DNA of 64,000 bases from the IMG/VR virus record IMGVR_UViG_3300012642_000011, positions 320,001 through 384,000 of that record; one strand, 5' to 3'. The position numbers and the translations under genes were made by a program. This DNA comes from a virus. Positions 7,306 to 15,169 of this stretch are shown here, piece after piece (within the stretch, counting starts at the first letter, position 1; each line of letters begins with the position of its first letter). The notes under the pieces are model-generated. The model was not told where the DNA came from. It did not search any database and saw only the letters and a list, made by a program, of their open reading frames with translations.

Positions 7306-7451
7306 ATGTCTGGCTTATACAGTCATTTAACTCACTTGCCCCCGAGTGAGCACCAGAAAATCTCTGTTCAGTTACCAATCTCCAACTTCTTATATGAACT
7401 ACGGCGATGCTAAAGACAACGCCGTTTCTGGCTTCACAGGAATATGCTTAA

Positions 7452-8753
7452 TCAGACCTTATACAGATCATTCTTAAGTCTAACAATCCCTCCACCAGCA
7501 CAACCCTCCGTTCCAGAGGTGACCAAACTCAAGTACCTTTCACCAAGAATAACCATATTCCTCGCAGCATGAGAATCACGATCCTCACTAAAACCACAAG
7601 AAGAACACAAGAAAACACTCATATTAACATCATGCTTCGTCAAGACACCACAAGGAGAACACCACGCAGTAGTAGCCACCCACTTAGGCAGCATTACCGC
7701 ATTCTCATGATTTTTCAAGCGCGCTTTAACACGACCAAGCACACCATGATGGATCTTCTTAGAACCACGTGCTTTCGAATTCTTGTTCTTCCACGATACT
7801 AACATTTCATCTTGGAAGAACACTACACTATCCTTAGTTAACCTGCTTACTAATTGATTAGCAAACTCATTCTTCAAATGATCAGTATTCTGATACTCTC
7901 TCTTGATCTTAGCCAAAGTCTTGCGATAACTGTTGGAGTTCTTTACCTGACGAGACAGTTTTCTCTGCAATCTCGCCATCCTCTCCTGTTTGCCAGTAAT
8001 AATCGCGTTAACAACCTCACCATTATCAAGAGTTAAAGCATTCTTTACACCCATGTCCACACCGATTTTATTCGTAGGTGCAACCTTAACTGCTCGTGGC
8101 TGATAAGTGGTCACTACTAAATGATAACCATCAGCACGATACACTAATTTAGCATTCGCAAACTCAAGACTATCAGCACACAATTGCTCATAACCGCGAA
8201 CACGTAATCTGCCGGGAATGTTCTGAACACGGATTTTAGTCATCATCCCTTTTGAATTAGGAATCAGATCATAAGTCACGCCATATTGTTTGAGATTGAT
8301 AGAATCGACATTGCGAACAAACTTTAGTTTTCCAATCTTGCGACCATTCTTCTTCAATGCAGATAATGATTTGCGATCATTGCTCAATTGAGTTATCACG
8401 CTTTGCTGCATTTGGCTTCCAAGATGTTTGATTGCTCTTTTCTCAGTATCTCCGTTGGGGACTTTTACCTCAACTTCACCTTTGAGTTCTTTGATGTAGT
8501 CAAGATCAAAACGTTCTGCTGCAAGGGCAGCATTGCGAATCCATTTAGCCTCATGGAAAATACTTTTAATAGCCTCTTTTTGCTGTTTATTCATGGAAGA
8601 TTGTACGATTTTTAGGTCATACACTTTGACAATCATGGTTTTTCTGCGTTCACGAGTTGCTTTTCCTGCTTCTTTGATTCTCTTGTTTTTGGCAAGTCTG
8701 GCTTCTTCTGTGAGGGTTTTTGGTGCGCTTGTGCGTTGTGCCATGATTGTCAC
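7452..8753 (-). CDS. tnpB: TnpB (OrfB), IS605-family RuvC-like RNA-guided endonuclease
   Basis: 433 aa with split RuvC motifs (IGVDMGV ... FFQDE ... DRDSHAARN) and a zinc finger (CSPCG-x17-CSSCG) between RuvC-II and RuvC-III. SD AAGGAGG upstream. Confidence 0.85.
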   Translation of the reverse strand: MTIMAQRTSAPKTLTEEARLAKNKRIKEAGKATRERRKTMIVKVYDLKIVQSSMNKQQKEAIKSIFHEAKWIRNAALAAERFDLDYIKELKGEVEVKVPNGDTEKRAIKHLGSQMQQSVITQLSNDRKSLSALKKNGRKIGKLKFVRNVDSINLKQYGVTYDLIPNSKGMMTKIRVQNIPGRLRVRGYEQLCADSLEFANAKLVYRADGYHLVVTTYQPRAVKVAPTNKIGVDMGVKNALTLDNGEVVNAIITGKQERMARLQRKLSRQVKNSNSYRKTLAKIKREYQNTDHLKNEFANQLVSRLTKDSVVFFQDEMLVSWKNKNSKARGSKKIHHGVLGRVKARLKNHENAVMLPKWVATTAWCSPCGVLTKHDVNMSVFLCSSCGFSEDRDSHAARNMVILGERYLSLVTSGTEGCAGGGIVRLKNDLYKV

Positions 8754-8805
8754 CTCCTTGATATAATAGGCTATCTTATCTTATTATATCAAAAGGTTGG
8801 TTGTG

Positions 8806-9198
8806 ATGGGTGCTGTTCAGAATTTGCGTTATCATTTTGTTTTTGCTACGAAGTTTCGTAGGGGGTGTTTTAGTGGTATTGAGGGTGATGTGGTGAGGGC
8901 GATTGAGTATGCTGTGTCGAAGTCTTCATGCAAGTTAGAGCGTGTTGCTGTTGAAGATGGGGATCATGTTCATTTGGTAGTGAGGATGTCTGGGACTTAT
9001 TCTGTTTCTGGTTTAGTGAACCGTTTGAAGTCTTTGAGTTCTCATCATTTGTGGGAGATGCAGGGGGATCATTTGAGAAGATTTTATTGGGGTGGTCGTC
9101 ATTATTTGTGGAGTGGTGGTTATTATGCTGCTACTATTGGCGATGTGAGTGCTGATCATGTTGATAAGTACCTGAAAAAGCAAGGCCACTGGAAATAA
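8806..9198 (+). CDS. tnpA: TnpA, IS200-family Y1 HuH transposase
   Basis: N-terminal YHFVFATKFRR, the HuH motif HVHLVV and the conserved Tyr-containing C-terminal region. The start is probably ATG 8806 (SD AAAAGG), and the ORF track extends to an upstream TTG at 8797. Confidence 0.8.
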   Translation: MGAVQNLRYHFVFATKFRRGCFSGIEGDVVRAIEYAVSKSSCKLERVAVEDGDHVHLVVRMSGTYSVSGLVNRLKSLSSHHLWEMQGDHLRRFYWGGRHYLWSGGYYAATIGDVSADHVDKYLKKQGHWK

Positions 9199-9305
9199 TA
9201 CACTTGCGCTTACATCAGCGAGGCTGAAGACCTCGCCGCTTTACGCGCTTTCGTGTAACGGTATCAATGAAAACATCAAGCGTTTTTGGAATTAACGATC
9301 TCATA

Positions 9306-10052
9306 TTAAGAGATCTCTTCGAGATGGATCAATGGTCTTGAATATCCCTCTACCTTGTGATCCATATCAACACTGATAACCCTGAACTTTGTTCCTCTGG
9401 CAAGGGTAACCTCTTCCTCATAAGATCCATCCTCATTCCACTTCGCTGATTGAGTAGTATCAATCTTCATCAGAACACCAGAGATATAATCAGGAGCATT
9501 CATACCAGAGAACTCATGAGATATGTCTTCAGATGTAGAAGTAGACACGAACTCATTGAAGACAACCTCGTTACCAGCCTCCCCGATATGCTTCTTCACC
9601 CATTCTACAGGATTCATGTCAGTCTTGCGAGGAAGATCGGAATTTGCTGTCTTCACCCCACGAAAAAGAGTATGATTTGATTTTCTACGAGGGCACCTCG
9701 CCAACGCTTTATCCATGTTATCAATCACTTTTCTTTGATCATCAGATAAACTGCCCACATCATCACGTCTCAAAGCATCATTGATCTCACCATGCTCAAA
9801 GGAACCATACGATTCCCAAGCATCCCTCTCATCATCAGAAAGAGAATTTCTCCATGTTGATACAAGAGAAGAATGATTTGTAGAAGACAAGGACGACACA
9901 GAAGAGAATGATCTCTCCAAAACTTCCTCAGAAAAAGAATGTGCCTCCTTCATGTTCTCAAAATGCTGTACTGAACCCAAGGGGCATTCAATCTTATCTG
10001 CCCTGCATCTGTTCATCTCGCCAGTTTTGCTGCTCACGTGATACTTGACCAT
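9306..10052 (-). CDS. mono-ADP-ribosyltransferase, R-S-E class (phage Alt/Mod-like or C3/iota-like ART fold)
   Basis: The catalytic triad motifs appear in the canonical order: LFRGV (Arg), FVSTSTS (STS) and YEEEVTLARGTKFRVISV (ExE followed by hydrophobics). Start taken at Met12, which has a strong GGGGAGGG SD; the ORF track extends to 10085. Confidence 0.65.
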   Translation of the reverse strand: MVKYHVSSKTGEMNRCRADKIECPLGSVQHFENMKEAHSFSEEVLERSFSSVSSLSSTNHSSLVSTWRNSLSDDERDAWESYGSFEHGEINDALRRDDVGSLSDDQRKVIDNMDKALARCPRRKSNHTLFRGVKTANSDLPRKTDMNPVEWVKKHIGEAGNEVVFNEFVSTSTSEDISHEFSGMNAPDYISGVLMKIDTTQSAKWNEDGSYEEEVTLARGTKFRVISVDMDHKVEGYSRPLIHLEEIS

Positions 10053-10189
10053 TATCCCTCCCCATGTTTTCAGATGAACACACATGATGATTCTCTAATC
10101 TCACACACGATCTAAACTATTGATGCCAATCAACCCCGATCCAGCATGGACTAGGAAATCATTTCTGCAAAAGAAGCGAAGTTGTGTAT

Positions 10190-10230
10190 ACGCAAAAGAG
10201 GGTGAGAATTAGATTCTCACCCTCTTTCAC
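10190..10230 (-). terminator. rho-independent terminator 3' of nrdE
   Basis: Hairpin GAGGGTGAGAAT-TAG-ATTCTCACCCTC, followed on the minus strand by TTTTGCG. Confidence 0.65.
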
Positions 10231-10278
10231 CTTATTATTCAATTGTCATCAAGTTTACATCTATCTATTTAAAATAGA

Positions 10279-13200
10279 TCAGACCTGACATGACTCACAG
10301 TAAGAGTTTGCATCCTCAACCTCTGTTCCTGCAAGTGTGGAAGGACGTACACGGACGTAGTAAATCGTCTTGATACCCTTCCTCCATGCATAAATGTATG
10401 CCTTATTGAGATCTCTGGTTGTGGCCTCATCAGTCACAAAGAGAGTCAAAGAAGCACCCTGATCAATGTGAGGTGTAGCAGCAGCATACACATCAATGAT
10501 GGCTTCAGTTCCTACCTTGTATGCATCAGCGTAGTAAGGCAGAGTTTCCTCACTCAAGTATGGCTGTGGGTAGAAGACTCTACCAATCTTTCCTTCCTTC
10601 CTTGCCTCAATGTTCTGAGCAACAGGATGGATAGAAGAAGTAGAATAAGAAATGTAACTGATGCTTCCTGTTGGCGCAACAGCGATCAGGTACGCATTAT
10701 ATAGACCATCTCTCATCACATCTTCCTTCAACTGCTTCCAGTCTTCAGCAGTAGGCACATGCATACTTGTCTTCTTCAGAAGTTCTTTGACCTTCTCAGT
10801 CTTGACTTCTGAGTACTGACCGTTTGTGTACATGTCGAAGAACTCACCTGTAGCATACTTTGACTTCTCAAACTCGAAGAATGTCTTTCCCTTCTCCTTT
10901 GCCATCTTGTTGGATGCCTTCATAGCGTAGTAACGTACTGACATGAAGTACAAGTTGGTGAAGTCTACTGCTTCCTCAGATGCGTAATAGATGTGCTCAC
11001 GTGCAAAGAATCCGTGAAGGTTCATTGCACCCAGACCAATAGCATGACTCAACTGGTTTCCACGCTCAATGGATGGAGCAGATGAGATGTTGGACAGTTC
11101 TGACACTACTGTGAGCGCACGTACTGCTGTTTCCACTGACTGACCAAAATCAGGTGAATCAAACATGTTGGCAACATTGAGAGAGGCGAGGTTACAGGAG
11201 ATGTCTCTTCCAACGTGGTCATAGTTTCCATCTTCATTAAATGTTGACGGAGTTGAGACCTGAAGAATTTCAGAACAGTTTCCTGTGACAATGCCATTGA
11301 AGATAATGGAGTGACCATCTTCTACAGTGACATCATATACATCCTCTACACCGTCAGGAACAATGTCTCTGACAACAGCCTTGTAGCGGTGTGTGCTGTA
11401 TGGTGTTCTGTTCTTATCCCATACCAATGACTTTTCCTGCCATGCTTTCTGCTGCCTGTCTGTCCAGTTCAGAAGTTCATAGAGAGCAACGACTTCAGCC
11501 TGTGCAGATGCCTTCAGATTCCACACTTCTGCTACATCATACTCCTTCTCTCCGCCCTTGCTATCAGGAAGGGTATCCTTACCTGCCTTGCGGGAGAGGT
11601 ACAGCCTAGTGAACACGTTCATGTTCAATAGCATCCTCTGAACTTCAAGGAGAAGTTCCCTATTTGTGGAAGTCAGTTCAATGGTTGCAGACTTTGATGT
11701 TCCTGTAATGCAACCATCTGCCTGATAGAGACCCGAAAGGTAGCCAACCTGTGTTGACCTGTCTCCTCTGAGTACGAAGTCAGGGACAATCTCCTTATTA
11801 TCCTTAGTGAAATCATTGTTTTTAAGGATTTCCGCAAGGATTGTAGAAGAAAGCGTCCATTTATTGTACTTCTCGCTTTCAGTGAAAGTAGGAATACGTG
11901 TGGACTCATCAACGAGACCAATGGCATCATCACTGTAGAAGATGTTCTCCACGATCTTATTGATCTTGCTGATCTCTGACTTATTCTTTGGCTTGATTGT
12001 CAGTCTTGCAGATGGTGAGTACTTAGAGTCCTTGTCCTCTACAAGAGAACCCTCACCTGCAATGAATCCTGCAATGAATGCAAGATCAGGCTTGTGAACG
12101 TGTCCGTATGCACCCTCTGATGGTTGAATGAGAACTTTGTCACCTGGCTTGACCTCACCCAAGGGGATCTTCACAAGGATAGGATCATCATTCTCGTCCT
12201 TACGCTCCACGTAGATCTTATGGTACTCTGTTGCTCTTAACTCATACCCCTCAATAGTGGACATTTTGAACACAGGAGTATTCTCTGCTGTCTTGAACAT
12301 CTTGGTTGATGTAACACTGGCTACTCCGTCTGCATCAAGATCCATAGTACGTGCTCTCTCATCAACGATGACGTTGAAGGAATTTTGTGATTCAAAGAGG
12401 TCTCCTGCACGGACGTTTCCTGAATCTGTAAGCAACTGTGTCTCTGCTGTGACGCAGAGGTTGGAATGTGTAACCTTTCCATCCAACTGTGACTGCGCGT
12501 TTACGTTGTCCTCAAACATGAGGTAGGGGTATCCTGACTCAAACTGTAGCTCAGCAATGGTCTGGAAGAGTGAACGTGCTTTAATCTTTTGCTTACGGAT
12601 CTTGGGGTTATCTACCATATCGTAGTACTCTTCCGTGATATCGATGTCACTGAAAGGCTTACCGTAGAATTTCTCAACATCATAAGGTGAGAACAGATAC
12701 ATGTCATCATTGCGCTTAGCAAGTTCAAAAGTGATGTCAGGAATGACAATACCAATGGAAAGTGTCTTAATCCTGATCTTCTCATCTGCGTTCTCACGCT
12801 TAGTGTCAAGGAATCTCATGATGTCAGGGTGGTGTGCGTTCAAGTACACTGCACCTGCTCCCTGACGTGCTCCCAACTGGTTAGCATAGGAGAATGAATC
12901 CTCAAGAAGTTTCATGACAGGAATGATTCCAGAGGACTGTCCCTCAATGTTCTTAATAGGAGCACCCTGCTCACGAACGTTGGTGAGGTTCAAAGCAACA
13001 CCGCCACCACGCTTAGACAACTGCAAAGCGTTGGTAATGTTTCTTGCAATGGATTCAAGGTTGTCTTCTGTTCTCAAGAGGAAGCAGTTGTGAGCAATGT
13101 ACCCTCTTGCTACATAGGTATGATTGTTCTCTACTTCAAGATTGTAAACAGTAGTAGTTTTTTCTTCGAATGAAGATGCCTTTACTTTATACATTACGTA

Positions 13201-14859
13201 TCCATCAATGATCCTTGCAAATCTAAACTGATCAGAGGCAAGTACACCATCAAATCTATCTGCATTTTTATCAATGTATTTAATGAAGTCAACATTGTTT
13301 TCGCTGATAGCAGGAATCTTCAAGGTGGATGTAGGTGACCCTGAAGCACTGAAGAAGGTTCTCTCATACGGAAGAAGTCCAATCCTCAAAGCAGCAGTTC
13401 TTAATTGAGAAATAATCTCAGGGTTGGACAAAGAGACTTCTGCGCTTCTGTCAAGGACTGTTCCATCCCCTCTGAAGCATCCTACAAGCATACCTTTGAG
13501 GAATTCATCAGAAGCATCAAGTAGAAGAGTGTTCAACCTCTTCTTATTAAATCCAGTTCCGATAAGGGAAACAAAGAATTCTCCCATAATTTGAGACCAA
13601 GCAGCCACATTCGTTGAGCCATCTACGTTTTCTCTCACAGTAGGCGTAAAGCCGAAGATTCTTTCAATCAGATTGACGGTATCCTTGATAAAGATATCTT
13701 CTTTTGATCCGAAAGTGAATCGAATTCCCTTATTTACCCCATTCGTGTAATGAGCATATCCCTCAGAAATGTAGTATCCTACAAGTCGTCCGAAATCTTC
13801 GTTCACAGAGATGGTGTTTTTCAAAGAATATGAGTTCTTTAAAACATTAGACCCCTTCTTTTTATTGTTTTTCTTGTCGATTGATCCAATGTAAACAAGA
13901 TCGTTTTCTACATCAACATCAAGAGTCCTACCCCATGTAGATGGCGTTTTAACGTAATCTGAAATCTTCAGTTCTGAAACAGATTCGGAACTTCTTCTTG
14001 GAACAGACAGAGCAATGAAATCACCAGGAAGAACTTCTCCCGCTGCAATCCACTTTACATTCTCAGTACTTCCATCACCATCAATTAAGGTGTCTTGAGA
14101 TGAGTTTTTTCTGTAAACAAGGACAGGGTGCTCTTTAGTAGAAGAGAACTTTTCTTTTTGTCCAATAACAGTAAGAGAAACTATTCCGTCACTTTCCTCA
14201 CGAGACATAACTCCTGTTACCTTTTGCACGCTGCCATCGTGTGTGTAAACTGAATCCCCCTCAACAATGTTGGAGATTGTAATTTCACCATGGGGTGTAG
14301 AAATTGGTGTATCGCCTTCGAAACACGACACCATCTCACCACGCTGCTTCTTTCCTGCATTCAAGAAGGTTGGAGTGGCAGGCTGGAAACGTCCGCCCAT
14401 CATCTCATCAAGCAAGTGCTCTGCAGCATCCTCGTCACCATCAGCAAGGTAAAGAGCAACAACGACAACCCTATCCTCATAGCGTTCAAGATATCTCTTG
14501 CCGTCGAATGTCTTCAGAGTATAGGATGTGTAGTACTTGAATGCTCCCATGAAGGATGGGAAACGGAACTTGTAAGCGTATGCCTTCTTGTAAAGTGACT
14601 TCACGAAATCGAAGTCATACTTGTCGAAGAGTTCCTTCTCGTAGTAGTCATTCTTGAAGAGGTAATCCAGTTTCTCTTCAAGATCGTGGAAGAACACTGT
14701 GTTCTCATTGACATGGTGGAGGAAGAATGCTCTGGCTGCCTCTTTGTCCTTATGCAACTGAAGTTTTCCATCTTCACCCATCAGTTTCACCTGGGCGTTC
14801 AACTCATGGTAATCCACGTTCTCTTCTTTGTCGTGGGTTGTTCCATTGAATTCAGACAT
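10279..14859 (-). CDS. nrdE: class Ib ribonucleotide reductase alpha subunit NrdE, interrupted by two inteins
   Basis: Extein sequence is collinear with NrdE (FQPATPTFLNAGKKQRGEMVS|CFLLRTEDN ... NQLGARQGAGAVYLNAHHPDIMRFLDTKREN ... SNL|CSEILQV ... C-terminal YCESCQV). The extein is 720 aa, and SD AAGGAGG lies upstream. Confidence 0.9.
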   Translation of the reverse strand: MSEFNGTTHDKEENVDYHELNAQVKLMGEDGKLQLHKDKEAARAFFLHHVNENTVFFHDLEEKLDYLFKNDYYEKELFDKYDFDFVKSLYKKAYAYKFRFPSFMGAFKYYTSYTLKTFDGKRYLERYEDRVVVVALYLADGDEDAAEHLLDEMMGGRFQPATPTFLNAGKKQRGEMVSCFEGDTPISTPHGEITISNIVEGDSVYTHDGSVQKVTGVMSREESDGIVSLTVIGQKEKFSSTKEHPVLVYRKNSSQDTLIDGDGSTENVKWIAAGEVLPGDFIALSVPRRSSESVSELKISDYVKTPSTWGRTLDVDVENDLVYIGSIDKKNNKKKGSNVLKNSYSLKNTISVNEDFGRLVGYYISEGYAHYTNGVNKGIRFTFGSKEDIFIKDTVNLIERIFGFTPTVRENVDGSTNVAAWSQIMGEFFVSLIGTGFNKKRLNTLLLDASDEFLKGMLVGCFRGDGTVLDRSAEVSLSNPEIISQLRTAALRIGLLPYERTFFSASGSPTSTLKIPAISENNVDFIKYIDKNADRFDGVLASDQFRFARIIDGYVMYKVKASSFEEKTTTVYNLEVENNHTYVARGYIAHNCFLLRTEDNLESIARNITNALQLSKRGGGVALNLTNVREQGAPIKNIEGQSSGIIPVMKLLEDSFSYANQLGARQGAGAVYLNAHHPDIMRFLDTKRENADEKIRIKTLSIGIVIPDITFELAKRNDDMYLFSPYDVEKFYGKPFSDIDITEEYYDMVDNPKIRKQKIKARSLFQTIAELQFESGYPYLMFEDNVNAQSQLDGKVTHSNLCVTAETQLLTDSGNVRAGDLFESQNSFNVIVDERARTMDLDADGVASVTSTKMFKTAENTPVFKMSTIEGYELRATEYHKIYVERKDENDDPILVKIPLGEVKPGDKVLIQPSEGAYGHVHKPDLAFIAGFIAGEGSLVEDKDSKYSPSARLTIKPKNKSEISKINKIVENIFYSDDAIGLVDESTRIPTFTESEKYNKWTLSSTILAEILKNNDFTKDNKEIVPDFVLRGDRSTQVGYLSGLYQADGCITGTSKSATIELTSTNRELLLEVQRMLLNMNVFTRLYLSRKAGKDTLPDSKGGEKEYDVAEVWNLKASAQAEVVALYELLNWTDRQQKAWQEKSLVWDKNRTPYSTHRYKAVVRDIVPDGVEDVYDVTVEDGHSIIFNGIVTGNCSEILQVSTPSTFNEDGNYDHVGRDISCNLASLNVANMFDSPDFGQSVETAVRALTVVSELSNISSAPSIERGNQLSHAIGLGAMNLHGFFAREHIYYASEEAVDFTNLYFMSVRYYAMKASNKMAKEKGKTFFEFEKSKYATGEFFDMYTNGQYSEVKTEKVKELLKKTSMHVPTAEDWKQLKEDVMRDGLYNAYLIAVAPTGSISYISYSTSSIHPVAQNIEARKEGKIGRVFYPQPYLSEETLPYYADAYKVGTEAIIDVYAAATPHIDQGASLTLFVTDEATTRDLNKAYIYAWRKGIKTIYYVRVRPSTLAGTEVEDANSYCESCQV
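11278..12456 (-). mobile_element. intein 2 in NrdE (393 aa), inserted immediately before the thiyl-radical active-site Cys of the NLCSEI motif; LAGLIDADG endonuclease domain
   Basis: Begins CVTAETQLLTDSG, ends IIFNGIVTGN, and is followed by the +1 Cys of CSEILQV. Blocks LAFIAGFIAGEGSL and VGYLSGLYQADGCI are present. Confidence 0.8.
13087..14325 (-). mobile_element. intein 1 in NrdE (413 aa, Cys1 to Asn591 of the precursor) with a LAGLIDADG homing-endonuclease domain
   Basis: Begins CFEGDTPIS, ends VENNHTYVARGYIAHN, and is followed by a +1 Cys. LAGLIDADG blocks LVGYYISEGY and LKGMLVGCFRGDG are present. Confidence 0.85.
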
Positions 14860-15169
14860 ACTTGTCCTCCTTGTGTCGTGTTTTAAAGTCTATGGGCATT
14901 GGTAATCAATGCTTGGGGTAAAAAATGACCCACGAAAACAGCACTTACGTAGGTCACACATGAGCATCATCGACATGATGCCGTACTTTTTCTTTTTATT
15001 TTGTTGTCGGAGTATATTCTAACAAGAGTAGTTTAAAAATATTCCTCTCATAACTTCCTATATCACCATTACCTGTTAAGCAACCATTGATTTCATGCTG
15101 TTCTTCCATCATGGATAATTTCGATGTGAGATAATACACATGAATTTTCTCTCAACGAACAATTAAAAT

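Larger units (their letters stand above)
7330..9290 (-). mobile_element. IS200/IS605-family insertion sequence with back-to-back divergent tnpB and tnpA; boundaries are approximate
   Basis: tnpB and tnpA are adjacent and divergent. Subterminal hairpins lie at both flanks (CTCACTTG-CCCC-CGAGTGAG at ~7340 and GCGAGGCTGAAGACCTCGC at ~9224). The family transposes without target duplication, so exact ends cannot be read off. Confidence 0.55.

Noticed and set aside
14860-15169. NrdR-box operator upstream of nrdE or nrdF
   Set aside because: No pair of 16-bp ACACwAtATaTwGTGT-like palindromes was found. Only a weak ATGTTTGCATACAT near-palindrome lies upstream of nrdF at ~17925, which is insufficient for a call.
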